A stretch of DNA of 56,142 bases, the filler included, from Deltaproteobacteria bacterium (lineage in GTDB: Bacteria; Myxococcota; JACRCW01), in assembly GCA_016218805.1 (NCBI GenBank). It is 4 parts of 3 records of this genome, joined end to end, with 100 filler letters (N's around TTAATTAATTAA, not from the genome) between each part and the next. Parts side by side here need not be neighbours in the genome. Positions count along the whole stretch, not along the records: positions 1 to 12,080 come from JACRCW010000004.1; positions 12,181 to 37,094 come from JACRCW010000038.1; 2 more parts are not named here. One strand, 5' to 3'. Position numbers and translations under genes: made by a program. The notes beneath the pieces are model-generated. The model worked only from the letters and a program-made list of their open reading frames with translations. It was not told the origin of the DNA and searched no databases. Of this stretch, positions 9,587 to 18,741 are shown piece after piece (within the stretch, counting starts at the first letter, position 1; each line of letters begins with the position of its first letter).

Positions 9587-10351
9587 ATGCCGCTCATTGC
9601 CCTGTTCCTCGCCGTTGGACTTTTCCCCGCCGCGGGTGGGGCGGAGGCCTGCCCGCAAATGGTGTCCGCGCCGGACGCGTCCCGCCGCGCCGTGGCGCTG
9701 GGGTTCCTGGCCAGCCGCGCGTGGCTGGAACTGAAGTTGCCGGCCGCGCGGGACCGGGACGCGCTCAAGGAGTTGCGCCGGCGGCGGCGGTCACTGGACC
9801 GCCGCACTGAGGCACTGCAGCTGGGCACCGTGTTCTCCGTCTCTGAGATGGCGTTGATGCGGCGGGATCTGGGCGGCTGGGAGCACGAGCAGGTGACGAC
9901 GGGCAGCTGGGCGATGGAGGGCGCCGGCACGCTGGTGTGGGTGCTGGGCACGGGCAGCCCGCCGTCATGGGCGGGGCCGCAGTCCATTGAGAGCGCGTTG
10001 CGGGACATCATGCCGGAGGGCGCCGCGGAGACGCTGGTGAAAAAGCCGCGCCTGCGCGCGCGCGCGGAAGTGGGCCGCTTCCTGGAGGAGGCCCGCCTGT
10101 TCCAGTGGCGCATTGACCGCGAGGAGCAGCGCCGCAAGAGCGGCGCCCAGCCGGGTGACAAGCTCCCGGATGACGTCACCAGCCGCGTGCGCGCCGCACG
10201 GGCGGGCGGCATCACCACGCGGGAGGCCGGCGGTGACCTGCTGTCCGGGACCACGCCGGTGGGGCGCCTGGACGCGCGCGCGCTGCGCATCCTGGGCGAG
10301 ACCGCGCGCGCCCGCGTGGAAGCGCTGCAGTGGGCGTGCGGCACGCACTGA
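9587..10351 (+). CDS. Hypothetical secreted protein
   Basis: Signal peptide, GC3-rich codons, Cys near both termini. Confidence 0.6.
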   Translation: MPLIALFLAVGLFPAAGGAEACPQMVSAPDASRRAVALGFLASRAWLELKLPAARDRDALKELRRRRRSLDRRTEALQLGTVFSVSEMALMRRDLGGWEHEQVTTGSWAMEGAGTLVWVLGTGSPPSWAGPQSIESALRDIMPEGAAETLVKKPRLRARAEVGRFLEEARLFQWRIDREEQRRKSGAQPGDKLPDDVTSRVRAARAGGITTREAGGDLLSGTTPVGRLDARALRILGETARARVEALQWACGTH

Positions 10352-10421
10352 GCCGCTGGGGATTGTCATCCCCGTTGCCGTCCGGTAGGACCGTTACGTC
10401 GTCAAATCGGAGGAAGCCGCC

Positions 10422-11432
10422 ATGGACCTGACGGGACCCATTCGCCGCGGTACTGCGCCCACCCCCGGGACCGGCGCCACCACCGGAACGCAGACCGCAA
10501 CCCTGACGACGCCAGCGGCTCCCGCCGCCGCCGCGGGCACGCCCGCGCTGCCGGTGGACGGCTTTGACCGAGCCGGGCGCGCCACCGGGCCGGCGCTGCC
10601 GCCGGTGCTGCTGGAGGTGGGCAACCACAAGGTGGGGCACGGTACGGACCCGGGGGACTACTACTGCGAGCACATGTTCTTCACGACGCAGAAGGAGGCG
10701 CAGCGCCCCGGCAGCAGCGTGCAGACCAACCGCGCGGGCGAGAACCTGGTGGGTTTCCTGCACATCCCCGGGGACGCCCAGACGTACACCTCCGGCGGGA
10801 CCTATTCGCAGGCGGAGCGCCACGGCGCCACGCGTGACGTGGTGGGCGCCGCCCTGCGCGGCTACGTGGACGAGGCCAGCGCCAAGCTGAAGCCGCGCGA
10901 GCCCGTGCGCGTCATGCTCAACGGGTACGGCACGTTCATGAGCACGGTAAACAATCCCACCGGTGACTTCGTGAAGAACCGCGAGAACATCGACGCGGCG
11001 ATGAAGTCCGCGTACGGCGCCAACCTGGTCACCCCGGAGGGCCACGACGCAGGCCGCTCCGGCGACGGGCAGGTGTGGCAGTACGTCATCCGGGAACCGA
11101 ACACCCGTGCGCTGCGCACGGTGCTGGTGCGCGCGCAGGAATGGCCGGTGACCGACGACACCATTGGCGGAGGCGCCGCCGGGTCGGTGCAGGCCGCCAT
11201 GAAGGAGTTCAAACCCAGCGCGGTGCTGTCCATGGGGGTGGGCACGCCGGACTACACGGCGGAGTTCCACGCGGACAACGGCGGCATGCGGACCATGGAG
11301 GGACGCAACTCGCATGACGACGGGGCTGCCGCGTCGGAGCAACTGCCGGACAACCGCTCGCTGGCGCGCGCCATCCACGCGGGCGGGATGGCGGCCCGGG
11401 CCAGCCGCGCGGCTGGCGCGCCGGTGGGTTGA
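10422..11432 (+). CDS. Pyroglutamyl-peptidase I (C15)-like protein, circularly permuted
   Basis: GGAGG RBS; DPGDYYCEH (Cys), GFLHIP (His), MLNGYGTF...NNPT and PSAVLSMG...AEFHADN (Glu) motifs in permuted order. Confidence 0.7.
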   Translation: MDLTGPIRRGTAPTPGTGATTGTQTATLTTPAAPAAAAGTPALPVDGFDRAGRATGPALPPVLLEVGNHKVGHGTDPGDYYCEHMFFTTQKEAQRPGSSVQTNRAGENLVGFLHIPGDAQTYTSGGTYSQAERHGATRDVVGAALRGYVDEASAKLKPREPVRVMLNGYGTFMSTVNNPTGDFVKNRENIDAAMKSAYGANLVTPEGHDAGRSGDGQVWQYVIREPNTRALRTVLVRAQEWPVTDDTIGGGAAGSVQAAMKEFKPSAVLSMGVGTPDYTAEFHADNGGMRTMEGRNSHDDGAAASEQLPDNRSLARAIHAGGMAARASRAAGAPVG

Positions 11433-12080
11433 GCGCGGGAGGGGGCCGCGTCCACGCGTACTCAAACACTTCCACCGTGTCCGAAACCGGGCCTCGCCTT
11501 GGTCGCGTTCGGAAATCAGATGCTGACTGCACTACCCAGAGAGGGCCGCGAGGAGAGCGGTGCATGCGTATTTCCAATCCGGATCCTCCCACCTGTTTGT
11601 GAGCAGGAGAGCGAGCCAACCAAGTCTGGGCGTTCCCGCACCGCGTCGACAACTCCATTGCCAAAGTTGAAGAGCACATGCTTCATGCTGTCCGAGTTCT
11701 TTGCGTCCCTGAGCCCGGAAGTGAGAAGTGATTGCAGATCATCGATGCGGGTAGCATCTCCTTGCAGGAGGGGCATCAGCCCTCGCACGCCGATGCTGAG
11801 GAAGGACAGAAGCAGCGCAGAGCGCACGATGTTGTCTCTCACACTGCAGTCCAGGGCAGAGGGTGTTTCTTCCCGGTCTTGACCAACGCGCGGACACGTG
11901 AGGGCGCGGGGAAGGCCGGGAATTGGCTGCAAGGGAACGCTGTGAATGGACAACTCGTTTGATGGACTTGGGCGTCTTTCGGAACAAGATACGCGATGGA
12001 AATGTAGGTCTTGCCATCAAGGAGCGTGGCGTTTGACTTCGGCGCAGGTTGTCGACGTCGCTCGCGCGTCGGGGCCATCC

Positions 12081-12180
12081 NNNNNNNNNNNNNNNNNNNN
12101 NNNNNNNNNNNNNNNNNNNNNNNNTTAATTAATTAANNNNNNNNNNNNNNNNNNNNNNNNNNNNNNNNNNNNNNNNNNNN
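12081..12180. other. Assembly linker (N-run with TTAATTAATTAA)
   Basis: 44 N + six-frame stop + 44 N. Confidence 0.98.
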
Positions 12181-13570
12181 CGTGGGATTCACGCCGCGGG
12201 AGACGACCAAGGTGTACAACGTGAACCGGCAGTTGACGCGGATCATCCGGCCGGACGGGAAACAGGTGGTTTACGGGTATGACCCGGCCAACCGGGTGAG
12301 CACGGTGGACTTCAGCCGCGGACAGATTGCGTACGCGTATGACGGTGCCGGACGCCGTGCGAGTGCAACGGCGCCAGACGGCCAGCGGCTGGACCACGCC
12401 TATGATGGAGGTCTGTTGACGTCGACGACGTGGAGCGGTCCCGTCAGCGGCGGCGTGGCATTCACGTACGACAATGATCTCCGCGTCACCTCGCGCGCGG
12501 TGAACGGCGGGACGCCCATCGGGTATTCGTATGATCCGGATGGGTTGCTGACGCAGGCGGGGGACCTGTTGATAGCGCGGGATCCTGTGAGCGGACGGGT
12601 GACGGGGACAAAGCTGGTGTTTGTGGAGGACGCGCTCCAGTACAACGGATTCGGGGAGGTGACGGCGTATGATGCACGCTACATCGGCACGACGCTGTTT
12701 GCGGAGAGCCTTGAGCGTGATGAATTGGGCAGAATCATCACGAAGACCGAGGCGGTCGGCGGCGCGACGCATGTTTACCAGTACGCGTACCATCCGCGCG
12801 GCTGGCTGACGGATGTCTGGACCGATGGTGTCCTGACCAGCCATCTGGACTTCGATGCGAACGGGAACCGGGTAGCCCAGGTGAATGCGGACGGCACGGT
12901 GGTGACGGCGGACTACGACGACCAGGACCGGATGCTGCGGTTTGGGGACTTCGTGTTCACCTACGGTCCGGACGGTGAGACGGAGACGCGGACCAACACA
13001 GTCACGTCGGAGATTACCCACTATTCGCACGACGAGTTTGGGAACCTCATCCAGGTGCTGCTGCCGGACGGGCGGGAGGTGTCCTATTCTCACGATGCGC
13101 TTGGTCGGCGCATTGCAAAGCGCGTCAACGGGACCACCGTGGAGTCATTGCTGTACGTAGGGCCGAAACCCGTTGCCCGGCTGCGTGGCGATGGAAGCGT
13201 GGATGCGCTGTTTGTGTACTCCGGGAGCCGAACGACGCCGGCGTACATGGTGACGGCCAATGGAACCTACCGGTTCATCAAGGATCATCTCGGGAACATC
13301 CGCATGGCGGTGGATGCGAGTTCCGGAGCCCAGGTGGGACCGCAGCGCTACGACGAGAACGGCAACCTGGCATCGGGCGGGGTGGCGGGCGCAGAGCCGT
13401 TTGGATTCGTGGGCGGGTTGGCGGACCGCGACACCGGGTTGGTGCGCTTTGGGCGGCGGGACTACGACCCGACGACGGGACGGTGGTTGCGCAAGGACAA
13501 CCTGCGCTTCCGCGGCGGGAGCAACTTCTACGTCTATGCCGAGAATGACCCGGTCAACATGGTGGATACG
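12181..13570 (+). repeat. Rhs core copy 1 (highly similar to ~15973-17365)
   Basis: Long near-identical stretches, e.g. ATCATCCGGCCGGACGGGAAACAGGTGGTTTACGGGTATGACCCGGCCAACCGGGTGAGC in both copies. Confidence 0.9.
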
Positions 13571-14068
13571 ACGGGGAAGGCGGCCGCCCCGGTGCTCGAA
13601 GTTATGGCTGAGGCGGTTATCGAAGTCACGGCGGACATGATCATCGAAACGACGACGATTGCGGGCGCCGAGGCTGGCGTTGCCGTGGGCGCTACCGCGG
13701 CCACTGGGATCACGCTTGGCGGCGCGATCGCGATCATTGGCGCGGCTGCAGTTGTTGGGTTTGTAGTGAACTACCTCGTCGACAACGCAATTGATTGGTA
13801 TTTCGACAACGAGCCGGTCGCCAGCGTGGGAATATCGAAGACTTGGCGCTTTCATCCGCGCCCACGCCCGGGCCCTTCTCCACAGCAACTCAACCCGCCG
13901 CAGGAATGCAGCGACGCTGGGCCCGGTGATTCTGGGCCTGATGCGGGCTCGGAGTGCCTGCAACTGGCCTCCGCGCTTGAGGGTGAATACGCGCTCGCCC
14001 TTCAAACCGGCGACTTTTCCGGGGTCAGACTCGTCAACAACAAGATGAAGTTGCTGGGGTGCAAATGA
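12182..14068 (+). CDS. Rhs/YD-repeat protein with C-terminal toxin domain (5' truncated)
   Basis: YD repeats; Rhs core RDYDPTTGRW...YAENDPVNMVDTTG; divergent lower-GC C-terminus. Confidence 0.92.
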   Translation: MGFTPRETTKVYNVNRQLTRIIRPDGKQVVYGYDPANRVSTVDFSRGQIAYAYDGAGRRASATAPDGQRLDHAYDGGLLTSTTWSGPVSGGVAFTYDNDLRVTSRAVNGGTPIGYSYDPDGLLTQAGDLLIARDPVSGRVTGTKLVFVEDALQYNGFGEVTAYDARYIGTTLFAESLERDELGRIITKTEAVGGATHVYQYAYHPRGWLTDVWTDGVLTSHLDFDANGNRVAQVNADGTVVTADYDDQDRMLRFGDFVFTYGPDGETETRTNTVTSEITHYSHDEFGNLIQVLLPDGREVSYSHDALGRRIAKRVNGTTVESLLYVGPKPVARLRGDGSVDALFVYSGSRTTPAYMVTANGTYRFIKDHLGNIRMAVDASSGAQVGPQRYDENGNLASGGVAGAEPFGFVGGLADRDTGLVRFGRRDYDPTTGRWLRKDNLRFRGGSNFYVYAENDPVNMVDTTGKAAAPVLEVMAEAVIEVTADMIIETTTIAGAEAGVAVGATAATGITLGGAIAIIGAAAVVGFVVNYLVDNAIDWYFDNEPVASVGISKTWRFHPRPRPGPSPQQLNPPQECSDAGPGDSGPDAGSECLQLASALEGEYALALQTGDFSGVRLVNNKMKLLGCK

Positions 14069-14727
14069 AGCGCCTCTCTGAGCAATGGCACGCAAGCCAG
14101 GAAGCGATTCGCGACGCGCTGCTTCGGCGCGATCTTGACGAGGTGGAGCGTTTGATTGGTGAGGCGCTTTCAACCTGCCGAGGCACCCAACGGGCGATCC
14201 TGCAAACGCAGCGAGCCGACCTCGCACGGGAACGAGGAGATTTCCACGGCGCGGCCCGCGCACAACTCGAGGCAGCCAGAACAGTCAGATGGCATCCTTA
14301 TTGGACGGTGCGAGCGGCGCGGGCAATGCTGGATGATGGGGAAGATCGCGCGCAGGCGTTGGTGTTGCTCAAACGCGCAGAGCCACGCGTTCGAGCACAT
14401 GACATGGCATGGCACTGTTATCACGAGATGCTGGCTCGATTGGCTCTCGACGATGGGCACCACAAGGTCGCCGCCGTTCACCTACTGGTATCTCTCGACA
14501 TTCGGGAGTGGGGCTGGATAACGCTTGCTCACGGATGTCTCATTGAGCGAATCATCGAGCATGGCGGAGCGTCGGCGCAGTGCCGTCAGTACTTGGAGAA
14601 GGCGGCCGCCCTGCTTGCGCATCCGCCAAGGACGCGGGACCCGGTCAAGGCAGACGCCTACCGAGCGGCGGCCCAAAGGGTGGCCACCAGCATCGCGAGG
14701 CTTGTGCTGAAACTCGACGCCCGATAG
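14065..14727 (+). CDS. Putative immunity protein (helical/TPR-like)
   Basis: ATGA overlap with the Rhs stop; lower GC; helical repeat character. Confidence 0.65.
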   Translation: MKRLSEQWHASQEAIRDALLRRDLDEVERLIGEALSTCRGTQRAILQTQRADLARERGDFHGAARAQLEAARTVRWHPYWTVRAARAMLDDGEDRAQALVLLKRAEPRVRAHDMAWHCYHEMLARLALDDGHHKVAAVHLLVSLDIREWGWITLAHGCLIERIIEHGGASAQCRQYLEKAAALLAHPPRTRDPVKADAYRAAAQRVATSIARLVLKLDAR

Positions 14728-14737
14728 CGCGGCACCT

Positions 14738-17700
14738 GTGGGACCCATCCCTTTGGGGGGCGGCTTGTCGTACGTGTTCGATTCCACGGGACGGCACCTG
14801 CGGACGCTGGACGGGTCCACCAACGCGGTGCTGCGGAGGTTCAGCTACAACGTGACGGGGCGGCTTGCTGGGGTGACCGACGCGGACGGTGCGGTGACGG
14901 TGATTGAGCGGGATGGCGGTGGGAACGCAACTGGGATTGTGTCGGCCAAGGGCCAGCGGACGATGCTGCAGGTGGATGGCAACGGGGACCTTGTGGCGGT
15001 GACGGACCCCGCGGGGAACGCGGTGCAGATGTCGTACTATCCGGGAGGGCTGTTGGAGCAGTTCACCAATGCGCGGGGATTCTCGTCCTATTATGGTTAC
15101 GACGAGTTGGGGCGGTTGACGTCGGATTCAGACACGGTGGGCGGGTACGTGGCGCTGGCGCGGACGGAAGGAGTGGGGCAGGCGGTGGTGACCAAGAGGT
15201 TGGCGGAAGGGGGCGCCGCCACTTACGGATTTGGACGCGGGGTGTCTGGCGGGAGCAGCCGGACGGTGACGAACACGTTTGCGGACGGGACGCAGGTCAC
15301 CTCCACGCGGGATGACAGTGGCGTGGTGCGTGTGACGAGGCCGGATGGCACGCAGTTGGAGACGGCGTCCGGCCCGGACGCGCGGTTTGGGATGTTGGCG
15401 CCCATCACGGTGAGCCGGACGCGACGCACGCCGGCGGGGAAGGTGCAGACGCAAACAGTGACGCGGACAGCGACGCTGGCGAACCCGGATGATCCGTTGA
15501 GCCTGGTGGCGGAGCACGAAGAGCGGACGGTGAACGGCCGGGTGTATAGGCGGGATTACGATGCGGTGACGCGGACGACGGTGACGCGGTCGCCGGAGGG
15601 ACGGACGCAGCGGTGGGTGACGGATGAGAAGGGCAGAGTGACGGAGCACGAGGCGGGCGGATTGGTGGGAACGCAGATGACGTACGACGCGGAAGGGCGG
15701 TTGACACGGGTGGACCGCGACACGCGCGCCACGACGCTGGAGTACGACAGCCTGGGGCGGCTGGCCGCGTTGATCGATCCCGCGGGGCGGGCGGTGGGAC
15801 TGACGTACGACGAGGCGAACCGCGTGACAGGGCAGACGCTGCCGGATGGGAGCACGGTGCGGCTGCGGTACGACGCGAACAGCAACGTGGTGGGCGTGAC
15901 GCCGCCGGGACGTCCGGAGCATGCGTTCCAGATGAACGCCGTGGACCTTGAAGAGCAGTACGTGCCGCCGGACGTCGGGTTCACGCCGCGGGAGACGACT
16001 CGGGTGTACAACCTGAACAGGCAGTTGATGCGGATCATCCGGCCGGACGGGAAACAGGTGGTTTACGGGTATGACCCGGCCAACCGGGTGAGCACGGTGG
16101 ACTTCAGCCGCGGACAGATTGCGTACGGGTATGGCAGCGCTGGCCGCCGGGCGAGCGCAACGGCGCCGGACGGCCAGCGGCTGGACCACGCATATGATGG
16201 AGGTCTGTTGACGTCGACGACGTGGACCGGTCCTGTCAACGGTTCCGTTGGGTTCACGTATGACAATGACCTGCGCGTGGTGTCCCGCACCGTGAACGGC
16301 GGAATGCCGATCGGGTATTCGTATGATTTGGATGGACTGCTGACGCAGGCAGGGGATCTGTCGATTGCGCGGGATCCGGTGAGCGGACGGGTGACGGGCA
16401 CGAAGCTGGTGTTTGTCGAGGACGCGCTCCAGTACAACGGTTTCGGGGAAATGACGGCGTACGACGCGCGTTACCTTGGGACGACGATGTTCGCGGAGAG
16501 CCTTGAGCGGGACAACCTGGGGCGGATCACGACGAAGACGGAGACGGTGCAGGGGGAGACGCACGTGTACCAGTACGGGTATCACGCGCGCGGGTGGTTG
16601 ACGGACGTGTGGACGGACGGCGTCCTGACGAGCCACCTGGACTTTGATGGGAACGGGAACCGGGTGGCCCAGACGACAGCGGACGGGGCGGTGGTGACGG
16701 CGGATTACGACGACCAGGACCGGATGCTGCGGCACGGGGACTTCGTGTTCACGTATGGAGCGAACGGGGAGACAGAGAGCCGGACCAACGCGGTGACGTC
16801 GGAGACCACGCGATACACGCACGATGAGTTCGGCAACCTGACGGAGGTGGTGCTGCCGGACGGAACAGAGGTTTCCTATGTTCACGACGCCTTGGGTCGC
16901 CGCATTGCCAAACGCATCAACGGGGCGACGGTGGAGTCGTTGGTGTACGTCGGGCCGAAGCCTGTGGCGCGTCTGAGTGGAACCGGGAGCGTGGAGGGGT
17001 TGTTTGTGTACGCCGGGAGCCGGACGACGCCAGCGTACATGGTGACGGCGAGTGGAACCTACCGGTTCATCAAGGACCACCTTGGTAACATTCGCGTTGC
17101 GGTGGATGCCAGTTCTGGAGCGCCGGCCGGCCCGCAGCGGTATGACGAAGATGGCAACCTGGTGTCAGGTGCGGTGAGTGGTGCGGAGCCTTTTGGCTTT
17201 GTTGGCGGGGTTGCTGACCGGGATACCGGTTTGGTGCGGTTTGGACGGCGGGACTACGACCCGACGACGGGAAGATGGTTGCGGAAGGACCGATGGAGAT
17301 TCGCTGGCGGCACCAACCTTTATGCCTACGCGGCCAACGACCCGGTCAACATGGTTGACCCCACCGGCGGAACTGCCGAGGCCGCGCTGGCGATGTGTAT
17401 TGAGGCCGCAGCCCCCGAAGGCGCTGAGGTTCTTCTCATGTGGTCGGAGGTGACCGCGGAAATGCTCGTTGAGCAGATGACCATTGCGCAGTGGCTTGGC
17501 CAGGCCGCCGCGGCCACCATTGCGGAAACAGCGGCGATCGCTGCCGGGATATTCGCGCTGCTCTGCATCGTCGACCCGGCGAGTTGCGCGGGCGCCATGG
17601 ACACCACCGCAGGGTCGGCGGGGTCAGGCGGCGGCCTTAGCCCGCATTTTGGAGACGCTGCGAACGACGACGTTGAGGCTCCGCTTTGTGAAGGTCCCCC

Positions 17701-17854
17701 GACTAGGCCGAAGCAGAAATGCACGCTCATGGAGGACGCGTACGACCTGCGCCATCGAGCAAAGGTATGTGTCTACCACTGTCCGTCTATGGCACAGCCC
17801 GTCAAGTTATTCATGTTCGACGGAGGGGAATGCTCGCCCACTCTCGAGATCTGA
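14738..17854 (+). CDS. Second Rhs protein (probable orphan/N-truncated module) with Cys-rich C-terminus
   Basis: YD repeats; YAANDPVNMVDPTG cleavage motif; begins 10 nt after the upstream gene with no clear RBS. Confidence 0.88.
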   Translation: MGPIPLGGGLSYVFDSTGRHLRTLDGSTNAVLRRFSYNVTGRLAGVTDADGAVTVIERDGGGNATGIVSAKGQRTMLQVDGNGDLVAVTDPAGNAVQMSYYPGGLLEQFTNARGFSSYYGYDELGRLTSDSDTVGGYVALARTEGVGQAVVTKRLAEGGAATYGFGRGVSGGSSRTVTNTFADGTQVTSTRDDSGVVRVTRPDGTQLETASGPDARFGMLAPITVSRTRRTPAGKVQTQTVTRTATLANPDDPLSLVAEHEERTVNGRVYRRDYDAVTRTTVTRSPEGRTQRWVTDEKGRVTEHEAGGLVGTQMTYDAEGRLTRVDRDTRATTLEYDSLGRLAALIDPAGRAVGLTYDEANRVTGQTLPDGSTVRLRYDANSNVVGVTPPGRPEHAFQMNAVDLEEQYVPPDVGFTPRETTRVYNLNRQLMRIIRPDGKQVVYGYDPANRVSTVDFSRGQIAYGYGSAGRRASATAPDGQRLDHAYDGGLLTSTTWTGPVNGSVGFTYDNDLRVVSRTVNGGMPIGYSYDLDGLLTQAGDLSIARDPVSGRVTGTKLVFVEDALQYNGFGEMTAYDARYLGTTMFAESLERDNLGRITTKTETVQGETHVYQYGYHARGWLTDVWTDGVLTSHLDFDGNGNRVAQTTADGAVVTADYDDQDRMLRHGDFVFTYGANGETESRTNAVTSETTRYTHDEFGNLTEVVLPDGTEVSYVHDALGRRIAKRINGATVESLVYVGPKPVARLSGTGSVEGLFVYAGSRTTPAYMVTASGTYRFIKDHLGNIRVAVDASSGAPAGPQRYDEDGNLVSGAVSGAEPFGFVGGVADRDTGLVRFGRRDYDPTTGRWLRKDRWRFAGGTNLYAYAANDPVNMVDPTGGTAEAALAMCIEAAAPEGAEVLLMWSEVTAEMLVEQMTIAQWLGQAAAATIAETAAIAAGIFALLCIVDPASCAGAMDTTAGSAGSGGGLSPHFGDAANDDVEAPLCEGPPTRPKQKCTLMEDAYDLRHRAKVCVYHCPSMAQPVKLFMFDGGECSPTLEI
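15973..17365 (+). repeat. Rhs core copy 2
   Basis: Paralogous to 12181-13570. Confidence 0.9.
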
Positions 17855-17928
17855 TTCCAGCGTCTCCGTGTTCTCCGTCTGTTCCGAGCGCCAGGCCTCG
17901 AGGAACTGATAGCCAAGGTAGGTGCGCT

Positions 17929-18570
17929 ATGCGTCTGTTGACGTGTTCCTTTTGTGTAACAGTCGGCTGCACCCAATACCCGCGCGTGTCAGGGCCACGC
18001 GGGGCAACCATTTGTGCGAGGGCAGTCGCGAACTATTCGCAGCTGTTTTCCGACCAACCCATGCCAGCCGTTCCAATTCGTGTGGGGCTAGTCGGCCGGC
18101 GACCCAACGACCGGCGAGCGACAGAACGCTGGCAGCGGACGCATGTGCTCCGGGAATCGGAGAACACGTGGCTTGCCGGGTACCGTTCACAGCTCACTGG
18201 CGAACGAGCACGCAAGCTTAGTCGCGGGCCACGCCCTCCGTTCCTGCTGGTCTCCGTGGTGCGGGCCGGCGCAGCGCCGGCTCTGACCGATTGGGCTGGG
18301 GTATGGCCGCCGCATGGTGATCTTCCGGAACGCATGGCCCGTGCAAAATGTCTGTTCTGTGACAAGCCAGGGAAGTCCGTTCCGGTCGTCACCAGCGCTC
18401 GCGGTCCGGTCATCTGCTGGGAGTGCATCGTCATGGCTCGCGAACTCATTGAGCACAGAGCGACCCTTCCCGTCGTTGCAAAGCCCATCCTGATCGGCGT
18501 CGTCGACAAACACGGTACGCTCCACCGCGTAGCGCCACCTCCACCAGACGCGCCCGACACGGATGAATGA
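17929..18570 (+). CDS. ClpX C4-type zinc-finger protein (two fingers), candidate immunity protein
   Basis: CSFC...SGPRGATICARA and CLFC...SARGPVICWECI match the zf-C4_ClpX pattern; AAGGTAGG RBS-like sequence. Confidence 0.65.
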   Translation: MRLLTCSFCVTVGCTQYPRVSGPRGATICARAVANYSQLFSDQPMPAVPIRVGLVGRRPNDRRATERWQRTHVLRESENTWLAGYRSQLTGERARKLSRGPRPPFLLVSVVRAGAAPALTDWAGVWPPHGDLPERMARAKCLFCDKPGKSVPVVTSARGPVICWECIVMARELIEHRATLPVVAKPILIGVVDKHGTLHRVAPPPPDAPDTDE

Positions 18571-18699
18571 CCGCCTCCGCGCGAGACGGGAAGCCCGGAC
18601 TGCCGCGTCCCGCCCCACCACACGCTCCGGGCGGCCCCAGTCCACACGGACGCCACACCGTCTCCCCGGGACGCGCCCGGTTTCCCTCTGCAATCCGCG

Positions 18700-18715
18700 T
18701 GGCCCGGCAGTTGCT
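18700..18715 (+). promoter_or_regulatory. Sigma54-like -24/-12 promoter
   Basis: TGGCCCGGCAGTTGCT has GG-N10-GC spacing and is close to TGGCACG-N4-TTGCW; 26 nt upstream of ATG 18742. Confidence 0.6.
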
Positions 18716-18741
18716 GACCATACCCGCCACGGAGGTTGGCC

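Noticed and set aside
12081..12180. TTAATTAATTAA palindrome in an N-run (also 37095-37194 and 45933-46032)
   Set aside because: Artificial contig linker; adjacency across it is not biological evidence.
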